Source: Clostridia bacterium
GTDB taxonomy: Bacteria > Bacillota > Clostridia > Oscillospirales > CAG-272
Length of the DNA stretch: 64,000 nt
Direction of reading: 5' to 3'
NCBI GenBank assembly: GCA_017456545.1
Contig: JAFTJE010000015.1
Location: 64,562-128,561, forward strand
Part shown: positions 27,469 to 38,598 of the stretch, in pieces
How the letters are laid out: each line of letters opens with the position of its first letter
How positions within the stretch are numbered: position 1 is the first letter of the stretch
Notes under the pieces: generated by a model
Database searches by the model: none
The model's input: only the letters and a program-made list of their open reading frames with translations
What the model was told of the DNA's origin: nothing
Program-made: the position numbers and the translations under genes

Positions 27469-28515
27469 ATGAAAAAATATCTATTACCTGAAAATGTAAA
27501 TTGGTACAGAGCCAATATGCACTGTCACACAGTCCACTCGGACGGACAGATGACTCCCGAGGAGGTTAAGGAGCTTTACAAGAATCACGGATATTCCATA
27601 ATAGCGTATTCCGACCATGAGATTCTCCTTGATCATTCCGACCTTAATGACGAGAATTTTCTTGCTATAACAAGCTGTGAGTATTCTGTAAATGAGGCAG
27701 AACCCTCCTTCCCACAAATATTCGGCGTGGATACGGGCAGATGGCCAAGAGTAAAATGCTATCACTTAAATATATTTGCAAAGGACCCTCACAACACCTT
27801 CCAGCCTGCTACAAGCAAGGAACAGCATTGGATACTTAAGGATAGATACAAGGATATTTGCAAATGTGACGGATATGTAAGAGAATATTCAGTAGACGGT
27901 GCTAACGAAATTATCAGAAGGTGCAACGAGGCAGGCTTCCTTGTACAGCTTAACCATCCCTACTGGTCCCTTAATGAAAGAGAGGACTACATAAACCTTA
28001 AGGGTCTTTGGGGCCTTGAAATTCTAAACTACGGCACAGAGCTTGAAACAGGTAGCGAATACTGTCCTTATATCTATGACGATATGATAAGACACGGTAT
28101 GTACAACCTTAAATGCACAATGGGTGACGATAATCATAACCCCGGGAAAACAGACAGATATTGCTTCGGTGGCTCTACAATTATAGGAGCTAAGGAGCTT
28201 GAATACGGACAGGTAATGGAGGCTCTTGAAAAGGGTGAATTCTACTGTGCATCGGGTGTTGACAATCCCCCGGAGTTCAAATCTCTTTATGTAGAGGATA
28301 ATATTATTAAAATCGACTGTTCCCCCTGTACAAGTGTAATTATCAATGCCTATGGCAGAGCAGACCGTAATATTCTCGGTAAGGATATAACCCATGCAGA
28401 GTTCTCCTTAAGAGAAAGTGATGTATACTTCCGTGTTACAATCCGTGATGACCGTGGAAACAATGCACATACGCATACATATATGGTCTCCGACCTTATT
28501 GAAAATAAGCAATAA
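27469..28515 (+). CDS. PHP-domain phosphoesterase, paralog B
   Basis: 348 aa, roughly two-thirds identical to paralog A by eye. The first ~60 nt of the two genes are nearly identical. Confidence 0.7.
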   Translation: MKKYLLPENVNWYRANMHCHTVHSDGQMTPEEVKELYKNHGYSIIAYSDHEILLDHSDLNDENFLAITSCEYSVNEAEPSFPQIFGVDTGRWPRVKCYHLNIFAKDPHNTFQPATSKEQHWILKDRYKDICKCDGYVREYSVDGANEIIRRCNEAGFLVQLNHPYWSLNEREDYINLKGLWGLEILNYGTELETGSEYCPYIYDDMIRHGMYNLKCTMGDDNHNPGKTDRYCFGGSTIIGAKELEYGQVMEALEKGEFYCASGVDNPPEFKSLYVEDNIIKIDCSPCTSVIINAYGRADRNILGKDITHAEFSLRESDVYFRVTIRDDRGNNAHTHTYMVSDLIENKQ

Positions 28516-28816
28516 GCGGCGTAATACTGCGTTGCTTTTCATATGCAACCTCGGAGTACAAAAGTACACCGTCGTCTGCATATTTCAAATGCGTCTTGTC
28601 TTACTTGCTTCTTGCTTATTTTTGGTAAGATTCGGCTTGTAAGTGGCGTAATACTGCGTTGCTTTTCATATGCAACCTCGGAGTACAAAAGTACACCGTC
28701 GTCTGCATATTTCAAATGCGTCTTGTCTTGCTTGCTTCTTGCTTATTTTTGGCAGGCTTCGGCTTGTAAGCGGCGTAATACTGCGTTGCTTTTCATATGC
28801 AACCTCGGAGTACAAG
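28514..28816. repeat. 127-bp tandem direct repeat, about 2.4 copies
   Basis: Units start at 28514, 28641 and 28768. Copies 1 and 2 differ at about 5 positions. Copy 3 is truncated after about 49 nt. Non-coding: 127 is not a multiple of 3 and there is no RBS. Confidence 0.95.
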
Positions 28817-28922
28817 GTTATTCCGCAGCTGTGTGAAAATACCAAAATAACTTAAATGCGAAAAAATCACCCCACATACAACAAAATTTATGCAACAAAA
28901 TTTATAAAAAGGATACAACAAA

Positions 28923-31085
28923 ATGAACATTATCAACGAACTTGCAAAAGAATTTAATTTAGGTGTCAGCCGTGTTGAGGCTACAGTTGCTCTTATTGAC
29001 GACGGCAATACAATTCCCTTTATCGCACGATACAGAAAAGAGGTTACAGGCTCTCTTGACGATACTGTGCTTCGTGACCTTGACGAAAGACTAAAATACC
29101 TCCGTTCTCTTGAAACAAGAAAGGAAGAAGTAAGGTCACTTATTGATGCTCAGGGCAAGCTTACTCCCGAGATTGAGGAGGCTCTTCAGAATGCTAAGAT
29201 TCTTACAGAGGTTGAGGACATTTACCGTCCCTTTAAGCCCAAGAGGAAGACAAGAGCATCCGTAGCCCGTGAAAAGGGACTCGAGCCTCTTGCAGCTCTT
29301 ATTATGGAGCAGAGAAGCTCTTATGAAAAGAGTCTTGAGGAAATTGCGTCTGAATATATCCATATAGACGAAAGCAAGGATAAAACAGTTAAGACAGCAG
29401 AGGACGCCATTGCAGGTGCAAAGGATATTATCGCTGAGGACATTTCCGACAATGCGGAGTACAGAAAGGCTATCCGTGCTCTTACTCACGACCACGGTCT
29501 TATCGTATCCAAGAAGGCAAAGGAAGAGGATTCTGTATATAGCTCCTATTATGATTATAATGAAAGCATTAAAAAGATTCCCGGCCATAGAGTTCTTGCC
29601 ATTAACAGAGGTGAAAAGGAAGAATTCTTAAAGGTTGATGTCCAGATAGACAGCGAAATTATTTTGAATTATCTTTTCTCCCAGATTATAACTAACACAA
29701 AGAGCCCTGCAAAGGACTATATTGCAGCTACCATTGTAGATAGCTATGACCGTCTTATTGCTCCCTCTGTTGAAAGAGAAATAAGAACAGCACTTTTTGA
29801 CGATGCCAGTGAGGGTGCTATAAAGCTCTTTTCCGACAACTTAAAGCATCTTCTTATGACAGCACCCTTAAAGGGAAAGACCGTCCTCGGCTATGACCCC
29901 GGATACAGAACAGGCTGTAAGCTTGCTGTGGTTGATAAAACAGGAAAGGTAATAACAACTGCTGTAATCTATCCCACAAAGCCCAGAGAGGATATTGAGG
30001 GCTCTGAGAAAATAGTTATGTCACTTATCAAGAAGTACGGCGTAGATGTAGTAGCTATCGGTAACGGAACAGCCTCCAAGGAAAGCGAAATTTTCATTGC
30101 AAATGTTCTTAAAAAGCTTGATACAGATAAGAAATACACAATGGTAAGCGAGGCGGGAGCATCTGTATACTCGGCATCTAAGCTCGGAGCTGAGGAATTC
30201 CCCGATTTCGATGTTACACAGCGTTCTGCAGTTTCCATTGCAAGAAGACTCCAGGATCCCTTGGCAGAGCTTGTTAAGATAGACCCTAAATCAATAGGCG
30301 TAGGTCAGTATCAGCACGATATGAAGCAGGCAAGACTTGATGAGGCTCTCGGTGGAGTAGTTGAGGACTGTGTAAACAGTATAGGAGTTGATATAAATAC
30401 AGCATCATATTCTCTCCTTTCCTATATTTCCGGTATCAACCTTACATCAGCCAAGAATATTGTTAAATACCGTGAGGAGAACGGAGAGTTCACCAAGCGT
30501 GAGCAGCTTCTTAAGGTTCCCAAAATCGGTGGGAAAGCGTACCAGCAGTGTGCAGGCTTCTTAAGAGTTCCCGATTCCAAGGAGATTCTTGATAACACAG
30601 GAGTACATCCCGAGGCGTATGAGGCTACCAAAAAGCTCCTTGAAAAATTCGAGTATACAAAGGGGGATGTGGCATCCGGTGCCCTTTCCGAGCTTCGCAA
30701 GAAATGCACAAAATACGGCACAAAGAAGCTTGCTGCTGAGCTTGAAATAGGAGAGCCCACACTTCTTGACATTGTAGGTGAGCTTGAAAAGCCGGGACGA
30801 GATGTCCGTGATTCCCTGCCCCAGGTAATTCTTCGTGATGATGTTCTCGGTATGGAGGACCTTAAGGAAGGAATGCTTATGACAGGCACTGTTCGTAATG
30901 TTATTGACTTTGGTGCATTTGTAGATATCGGCGTTCACCAGGACGGTCTTGTGCACATTTCCGAAATATCGGATAAATACATCAAGCATCCCTCCGAGGT
31001 ACTTAGTGTTGGAGATATTGTCAATGTAAAAATCAAGAGTGTTGACCTTAATAAGAAGAGAATAGGTCTTACAATGAAAATTTGA
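28923..31085 (+). CDS. tex: Tex-like transcription accessory protein (YqgF-like, HhH and S1 domains)
   Basis: 720 aa. N-terminal IPFIARYRKE motif. C-terminal S1 domain (GTVRNVIDFGAFVDIG...DGLVHISE). Confidence 0.92.
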   Translation: MNIINELAKEFNLGVSRVEATVALIDDGNTIPFIARYRKEVTGSLDDTVLRDLDERLKYLRSLETRKEEVRSLIDAQGKLTPEIEEALQNAKILTEVEDIYRPFKPKRKTRASVAREKGLEPLAALIMEQRSSYEKSLEEIASEYIHIDESKDKTVKTAEDAIAGAKDIIAEDISDNAEYRKAIRALTHDHGLIVSKKAKEEDSVYSSYYDYNESIKKIPGHRVLAINRGEKEEFLKVDVQIDSEIILNYLFSQIITNTKSPAKDYIAATIVDSYDRLIAPSVEREIRTALFDDASEGAIKLFSDNLKHLLMTAPLKGKTVLGYDPGYRTGCKLAVVDKTGKVITTAVIYPTKPREDIEGSEKIVMSLIKKYGVDVVAIGNGTASKESEIFIANVLKKLDTDKKYTMVSEAGASVYSASKLGAEEFPDFDVTQRSAVSIARRLQDPLAELVKIDPKSIGVGQYQHDMKQARLDEALGGVVEDCVNSIGVDINTASYSLLSYISGINLTSAKNIVKYREENGEFTKREQLLKVPKIGGKAYQQCAGFLRVPDSKEILDNTGVHPEAYEATKKLLEKFEYTKGDVASGALSELRKKCTKYGTKKLAAELEIGEPTLLDIVGELEKPGRDVRDSLPQVILRDDVLGMEDLKEGMLMTGTVRNVIDFGAFVDIGVHQDGLVHISEISDKYIKHPSEVLSVGDIVNVKIKSVDLNKKRIGLTMKI

Positions 31086-31304
31086 CCATAGCTTAAAATT
31101 AACAAAAAACAAGCCTCGTTTTTGTGAAAAGTACACAAAAAATAAATAAAATTTTTGTGTAAAAAAACACTTTAATTTTTGAGCATTTTCTGTTATAATA
31201 TAAGTACTAAAATGTGCTAATTGTGACGCTAAGGTCGTCGTAGTCACATTTTCACTTCATTTAGTAAATAAAAAGTATATACAACACAAGGAGAATTTTT
31301 CAGT

Positions 31305-32462
31305 ATGGCAAGTTTATCACTAAAGCATATCTACAAGAAGTATCCCGGTGGCGTTACAGCCGTTTCCGACTTCAACCTTGAGATTGAAGACAAGGAATTC
31401 GTTATCTTCGTTGGTCCCTCCGGATGTGGTAAGTCTACAACGCTTCGTATGATCGCAGGTCTTGAGGAAATCACAGAGGGTGAGCTTCGTATCGACGGCA
31501 CACTCGTTAACGATGTTGCGCCTAAGGACAGAGATATTGCGATGGTATTCCAGAACTACGCACTTTATCCTCATATGACAGTATATGAGAACATGGCATT
31601 CGGTCTTAAGCTCAGAAAGGTACCCAAGGAAACAATCAAACGCCGTGTTGAGGCAGCTGCTAAGATACTCGGTATTGAGGCACTTCTTGACAGAAAGCCT
31701 AAGGCTATGTCCGGTGGTCAGAAGCAGCGTGTTGCTCTCGGTCGTGCTATCGTAAGAGAGCCTAAGGTATTCTTGCTTGACGAGCCTCTTTCCAACCTCG
31801 ACGCTAAGCTCCGTGCAGCGATGAGAACTGAGATTACAAAGATTCACCAGACAATCGGTACAACATTTATTTATGTAACTCATGACCAGGTTGAGGCTAT
31901 GACCATGGCTACAAGAATCGTAGTTATGAAGGACGGTCTTATCCAGCAGGTTGATACTCCTCAAAATCTTTACGATAAGCCTGTTAATATCTTCGTTGCA
32001 GGATTTATCGGAACACCTCAGATGAACTTCCTTGTTTCCACACTTGATAAGAAGGAAGACGGTGCATACATAACATTCGGTACAAACACAATCAAGCTTC
32101 CTGCAGAGAAGGCTAATGATCCCGCACTTGAGCCCTACTTCGGCAAAGAGGTTATCGCAGGTATCCGTCCTGAGCTTATTCATGACGAGCCCATCTATCT
32201 CTCCAGCATGAGTGACAATGTTATTGAGGCTAATGTTGATGTAACTGAGCTTATGGGTGCTGAAATTTACCTTTATCTTGCTGTTGACGGTGCTGAGGCA
32301 TTCAATGTTGAGGCAAGCAAGGGTGAGAATGTTAAGAATGACATCATCGCAAGAGTATCCTCCCGTTCCCAGGCAAGAGCAGGCGACAGAATCCAGATCG
32401 CTATCGATTCCTCCAGAATCCACCTCTTCGACAAGGATACACAGAGATACATTATCCACTAA
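31305..32462 (+). CDS. msmX: sugar ABC transporter ATP-binding protein (MsmX/MsmK/UgpC type), stand-alone
   Basis: 385 aa. Walker A GPSGCGKST, signature LSGGQKQR, Walker B LLDEPLS, and a MalK-like regulatory C-terminal domain. No adjacent permease genes. Confidence 0.9.
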   Translation: MASLSLKHIYKKYPGGVTAVSDFNLEIEDKEFVIFVGPSGCGKSTTLRMIAGLEEITEGELRIDGTLVNDVAPKDRDIAMVFQNYALYPHMTVYENMAFGLKLRKVPKETIKRRVEAAAKILGIEALLDRKPKAMSGGQKQRVALGRAIVREPKVFLLDEPLSNLDAKLRAAMRTEITKIHQTIGTTFIYVTHDQVEAMTMATRIVVMKDGLIQQVDTPQNLYDKPVNIFVAGFIGTPQMNFLVSTLDKKEDGAYITFGTNTIKLPAEKANDPALEPYFGKEVIAGIRPELIHDEPIYLSSMSDNVIEANVDVTELMGAEIYLYLAVDGAEAFNVEASKGENVKNDIIARVSSRSQARAGDRIQIAIDSSRIHLFDKDTQRYIIH

Positions 32463-32475
32463 TACATACAAAATT

Positions 32476-32505
32476 AACCCCTCATTTTCGAGGGGTTTTT
32501 TGTTT
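32476..32505 (+). terminator. rho-independent terminator after msmX
   Basis: AACCCCTC-attttc-GAGGGGTT, then a T-run. Confidence 0.85.
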
Positions 32506-32581
32506 TAATGTATTGACTTTTTAAGATAAATGATGTAATATTATTTTGACTATTACTATGTTATATAGGAAGGTAATACCA

Positions 32582-33631
32582 ATGAAAAAGAAATTTGCTG
32601 TAGTTGGCTATGGAGGAATGGGCTCCTGGCATGTTAACCATTCGCTTAAAAGTGATGTACTTGAGCTTTCGGGTATTTATGATATAGATGATAAGAAATC
32701 CGAGTTGGCAAGGGAGAGAGGTATCAGGGCATATTCCTCCCTGGATGAGCTTATTAATGATAAAGATGTTGAGCTTGTTACAGTAGCTATCCCCAACGAT
32801 GTTCACCTTGATACAGTTTGCCGTTTGCTTAAGGGTGGTAAAAATGTTATATGTGAAAAGCCCGTTGCTCTTTCAACAAGAGAGCTTGAAATAATGGTTG
32901 CCACAGCTAAGGAGGCTGGTAAGCTTTTTACAGTTCACCAAAACAGAAGATGGGATGTGGATTATCTCGCTATCCAGTCAATATGTGACAGTGGAGAGAT
33001 TGGTAAGCCCTTGAGAATAGAATCAAGAATACACGGCTCCCGTGGTATTCCCTCCGACTGGCGTGGAATGAAGGAGTACGGTGGAGGAATGATACTTGAC
33101 TGGGGCGTTCATCTTATAGACCAGCTTATGCTTGTGTTCAAGGACGAAAAAATAGCTACTGTCAACTGTGTGGAAACGCACATTACCAACAAGGAGGTTG
33201 ATGACGGCTTTTATCTCACTATTACCTTTGAGAGTGGAGCAGTTGCCTTTGTTGAGGTTGGTACATATAATTTCCTCACTCTTCCCAGATTCTATATGAA
33301 GAGTGAGAACGGCACAGCACTTATTCAGGACTGGAGAGAAAAAACAAAGGTTGCTAAGTGTAAATACTGGCATGAAAACGATGTGTTGCCCGTACAGACA
33401 GCTGCAGGACTTACTAAGACTATGGCTCCTCGTGACAGCATCACAATGGATGTGTATGAAAAGGATATCCCACTTTCCGATGTTCACGATTTTTATCGTA
33501 ATGTATGTAAGGCAATTGACGGTAAGGAAAATCAGCTTGTAACTCATGAGCAGGTTGCACTTGTGCTTAAGATAATGGAGCACGCCTTTGAATCATCGAG
33601 GCAGGGACAGACAATCAAATTTGAATATTAA
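32582..33631 (+). CDS. Gfo/Idh/MocA family oxidoreductase
   Basis: Start set at ATG 32582 (MKKKFAVVGYGGMG Rossmann motif). EKP motif (CEKPVA). Confidence 0.8.
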   Translation: MKKKFAVVGYGGMGSWHVNHSLKSDVLELSGIYDIDDKKSELARERGIRAYSSLDELINDKDVELVTVAIPNDVHLDTVCRLLKGGKNVICEKPVALSTRELEIMVATAKEAGKLFTVHQNRRWDVDYLAIQSICDSGEIGKPLRIESRIHGSRGIPSDWRGMKEYGGGMILDWGVHLIDQLMLVFKDEKIATVNCVETHITNKEVDDGFYLTITFESGAVAFVEVGTYNFLTLPRFYMKSENGTALIQDWREKTKVAKCKYWHENDVLPVQTAAGLTKTMAPRDSITMDVYEKDIPLSDVHDFYRNVCKAIDGKENQLVTHEQVALVLKIMEHAFESSRQGQTIKFEY

Positions 33632-33813
33632 TAAAATTGGCTTCCATTTTACATGGGAGCCGTTTTATTATATAATCTTATAATTAATAATGAAGAAAAA
33701 GTTAAAAAATTGCAAAAAACACTGTAATTTCTCTGCAATTTCACCCTGTTTTCACCGTAAGCACTTAAAAGGCGAGTCTGCTAAAAAAGTCGAAAATTTT
33801 TTAATTAAAGGTA

Positions 33814-33842
33814 TTGACAAAACCGTAAGATAGTGGTATATT
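33814..33842 (+). promoter_or_regulatory. sigma-A type promoter of the hrcA-dnaK operon
   Basis: TTGACA, 17-nt spacer, TGg-TATATT. Confidence 0.7.
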
Positions 33843-33853
33843 ATATATGCAGA

Positions 33854-33880
33854 TTAGCAATCGAGCAAAAAGAGTGCTAA
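33854..33880 (+). promoter_or_regulatory. CIRCE operator (HrcA binding site)
   Basis: TTAGCAATC-N9-GAGTGCTAA compared with the consensus TTAGCACTC-N9-GAGTGCTAA (1 mismatch). Lies between the promoter and hrcA. Confidence 0.9.
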
Positions 33881-33902
33881 AATATAAGAAGGAGGAAAAA
33901 CA

Positions 33903-34988
33903 ATGGAGTTTGGATATGATATTGAGCTTAGCGAACGCAAAAAAATGATACTTAAGGCTATTGTCGATGCACATATTAAGCTTGGTGAGCCTGTAGGCTC
34001 CAAATATCTTACTCAGGAGACTGATATTGCATATTCCTCCGCCACCATACGCAACGAGATGGCAGAGCTTGAGGAAATGGGATTTCTTGAGCAGCCTCAT
34101 ACCTCGGCAGGCCGTATACCGTCAGAGCTTGGCTACAGATTCTATGTTGACAGCCTTGTACAGCAGTATGATATGACCACTAAAGAGGCAAACGAGCTTA
34201 ACAATATGCTTTCCGTCAAGATGTCGGAGATAGATAAGATACTTGAAAACGCAAGGAAAGCGGCGTCTGCAATGACCAATTATACTGCCATGTCCTTAAG
34301 GGCAAGGCCCTCCGGAGTTACTATCAAAAAATACGAGATGGTATATCTGGATGTAAGGAGTATTCTTGTGGTTATGGTGACATCCTCCGACTCTGTAAAG
34401 ACAAGGAGCATAAAGCTACCCTTTGATGTAACAAGAGCAGATACCGACAGGCTTACAGAGGTGCTTAACAGGGAGCTTTCAGGTGTTGCTGTTGATGACA
34501 TAAATATTTCTTTGATTGTTAAAATGGAAGAATATATGGCATCCTGTCCCGGCATTGTCAACATAGTTGTTAAGAATATTTACGAGGCAATGAATGAGCT
34601 GAGCTCCGAAATACGCTTTGAGGGTGTAAACAGATTGCTACAGTATCCCGAATATAAAAATCTTGATAAGCTTCAGCAGATGATATCCACGATAGAGGAT
34701 AAAAACGACATTATTAAGGCAATAAGTACCATTGACCAGAGTGATGATGAAACTAAAATTTTCATAGGCTCTGAAAATATGGTTAAGATAATGGATAACT
34801 CTACCTTAATATATAAGAATCTTAAGCTGAACGGAAGAACAATTGGAGCAATCGGTATTATAGGACCCTGCCGTATGGATTATTCTAAGGTTCTTGCAAC
34901 TATTGATAAGCTATCGGATGAAATAGGAAGGCTGTCCGAGACAACAAATTTGCTGCCGGGTGCTAAAAACAGCAAAAAAGAGAGGTAA
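33903..34988 (+). CDS. hrcA: heat-inducible transcription repressor HrcA
   Basis: 361 aa. N-terminal winged helix (ILKAIVDAHIKLGEPVGSKYL). Operon context with CIRCE. Confidence 0.92.
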   Translation: MEFGYDIELSERKKMILKAIVDAHIKLGEPVGSKYLTQETDIAYSSATIRNEMAELEEMGFLEQPHTSAGRIPSELGYRFYVDSLVQQYDMTTKEANELNNMLSVKMSEIDKILENARKAASAMTNYTAMSLRARPSGVTIKKYEMVYLDVRSILVVMVTSSDSVKTRSIKLPFDVTRADTDRLTEVLNRELSGVAVDDINISLIVKMEEYMASCPGIVNIVVKNIYEAMNELSSEIRFEGVNRLLQYPEYKNLDKLQQMISTIEDKNDIIKAISTIDQSDDETKIFIGSENMVKIMDNSTLIYKNLKLNGRTIGAIGIIGPCRMDYSKVLATIDKLSDEIGRLSETTNLLPGAKNSKKER

Positions 34989-34990
34989 TC

Positions 34991-35509
34991 ATGGAAGAAA
35001 AGGATTTGAACAAGGAAGAAGAGGTAACTCCCGATAATATGGCTGAGGAAATTAAGCCTGATGAAATCGAGGAGGCAAATAAAAGAGCCTACGATGCCGA
35101 GAAAAAATGTGCGGAAACAAATGATAAGTATCTTCGCATAATGGCAGAATATGATAATTTCAGAAAGCGTACGGTAAAGGAAAGAGACGGAATTTATGCA
35201 GAGGCGTATTCCGATGCTGTAAAACAGCTTTTACCCGTTATTGATAATATAGAGAGATCCGTTACATTTGTATCCGATGAGGAAACAAAAAAGGGTCTTA
35301 ATATGATAATTACACAAATGACAGAGACCCTTAATAAAATGGGTGTAACCGTTATAGAAACAAAGGATTTTGACCCCAATGTACACAATGCTGTAATGCA
35401 CATAGATGATGAAGCGTACGGGGAGGGCGAAATTGTAGAGGTATTCCAGAAGGGATACATGTATAAGGAAAAAATAATCAGATACGCTATGGTTAAGGTA
35501 GCGAACTGA
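34991..35509 (+). CDS. grpE: nucleotide exchange factor GrpE
   Basis: 172 aa. AEYDNFRKR motif. Positioned between hrcA and dnaK. Confidence 0.93.
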   Translation: MEEKDLNKEEEVTPDNMAEEIKPDEIEEANKRAYDAEKKCAETNDKYLRIMAEYDNFRKRTVKERDGIYAEAYSDAVKQLLPVIDNIERSVTFVSDEETKKGLNMIITQMTETLNKMGVTVIETKDFDPNVHNAVMHIDDEAYGEGEIVEVFQKGYMYKEKIIRYAMVKVAN

Positions 35510-35514
35510 AATAG

Positions 35515-37380
<1,866 letters not shown>

Positions 37381-37403
37381 TAGGACATTGATTCACAAAC
37401 TAA

Positions 37404-37426
37404 AGGGCAGGAAACCTTCCTGCCCT
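37404..37426 (+). other. intercistronic stem-loop between dnaK and dnaJ
   Basis: Perfect 10-bp stem AGGGCAGGAA/TTCCTGCCCT with loop ACC and no T-run. Probably an mRNA stabiliser, processing site or partial attenuator. Confidence 0.5.
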
Positions 37427-37464
37427 AAAGTCAATAAAAGGCTAAGTATAGAAAAGGCTTGATT

Positions 37465-38592
37465 ATGGCAGATAAAAGAGATTATTATGAAACCTTAGGT
37501 ATTTCCAAGGGAGCAAGTGCCGATGAAATAAAAAAGGCATACCGTTCTTTGGCTAAGAAATACCACCCCGATATGAATCCGGGAAATGCTGAGGCAGAGC
37601 AGAAGTTCAAGGAAATTAACGAGGCTTACGGTGTTCTTTCCGACGAAGATAAAAAGGCTAAATATGACCAGTACGGACACGCTGCATTTGAACAGGGTGG
37701 AGGCTTCGGAGGAGGTGGCTTCGGAGGCTTTGGAGGCTTTGATTTTGATATGGGAGATATTTTCTCCTCCTTCTTCGGTGGTGGCTCATCCTCTTCAAGG
37801 AGAGCAAACGCACCCCAGCAGGGTGATGATATAGGAGTCAGAATAGTTCTTTCCTTTGAGGAGGCATTCTTTGGCTGTAAAAAGGAAATAAGCTACGGAA
37901 GAATCCAAAAATGCGGTGACTGTGGTGGTTCAGGAGCCGAAAAGGGTACAAGTGCAGAAAAATGTACTAAGTGTAACGGTACAGGAACTGTAAGAGTACA
38001 GCAGAGAACGGCCTTTGGTGTTATGCAGTCAACAGCAGCATGTCCCGACTGTAAGGGCACAGGCAAGATTATAAAAACTCCTTGCTCCAACTGTAAGGGC
38101 AAGGGAATGGTTAAGATAAATAAAAAGCTGGAGATTACTATCCCTGCAGGCATTGATGACGGACAGAGAATTGCTCTCCGTGATCAGGGTAACGACGGAA
38201 GAAACGGAGGAGCCCCCGGAGATCTTATTGTACAGGTATCTGTTCGCCCGCATCCTATATTTGAGAGGGATGGCAAGGACCTCTACTGTGAGATTCCAAT
38301 AACCTTTGCTGAGGCTGCTTTGGGTGCAAAAATCAAAATCCCCACTATGGAGGGTGAGATTGATTATGATATTCCCGAGGGTACACAGACAGGTGCTATG
38401 TTTACAATAAGACAAAAGGGTGTTCCCGATGTAAACGGCAGAGGCAAGGGTAACCTATATGTTAAGGTAGTTGTGGAAACACCCAAGAATCTCAGTGAAG
38501 AACAGAAAAAGATTATGCGTAGCTTTGCCGAGAGCTGTCAGGAAAAGAATTTCTCAAAGAGAAGCAGCTTTTTCAGTCGCTTCAGAAAGTGA
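37465..38592 (+). CDS. dnaJ: molecular chaperone DnaJ
   Basis: J domain with HPD (KKYHPDMN), G/F-rich linker, four CxxCxGxG zinc motifs. Start set at ATG 37465. Confidence 0.95.
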   Translation: MADKRDYYETLGISKGASADEIKKAYRSLAKKYHPDMNPGNAEAEQKFKEINEAYGVLSDEDKKAKYDQYGHAAFEQGGGFGGGGFGGFGGFDFDMGDIFSSFFGGGSSSSRRANAPQQGDDIGVRIVLSFEEAFFGCKKEISYGRIQKCGDCGGSGAEKGTSAEKCTKCNGTGTVRVQQRTAFGVMQSTAACPDCKGTGKIIKTPCSNCKGKGMVKINKKLEITIPAGIDDGQRIALRDQGNDGRNGGAPGDLIVQVSVRPHPIFERDGKDLYCEIPITFAEAALGAKIKIPTMEGEIDYDIPEGTQTGAMFTIRQKGVPDVNGRGKGNLYVKVVVETPKNLSEEQKKIMRSFAESCQEKNFSKRSSFFSRFRK

Positions 38593-38598
38593 GTTAAA

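Noticed and set aside
28543-28855. ORFs of 97 and 61 aa running through the 127-bp tandem repeat, and a 30-aa minus-strand ORF (MQTTVYFCTPRLHMKSNAVLR...) present once per unit.
   Set aside because: Because 127 is not divisible by 3, successive copies are read in different frames. None of these ORFs has a Shine-Dalgarno sequence, and the peptide composition looks random. I treat the repeat as non-coding.
31320-32471. Very long antisense ORFs mirroring real genes. Examples: 383 aa opposite msmX, 336 aa opposite lysS (42237-43247), 325 aa opposite alaS (1599-2576), 270 and 236 aa opposite the GGGtGRT and IscU-like genes, and 228 aa opposite tex.
   Set aside because: Each lies in the codon-aligned antisense frame of a confidently identified gene. 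An open frame there only requires the sense gene to avoid TTA, CTA and TCA codons, which is expected under strong codon bias. The translations are low-complexity and Cys/Leu/Ser-rich, have no RBS and match no recognisable family. I used them only as an indicator of codon bias.
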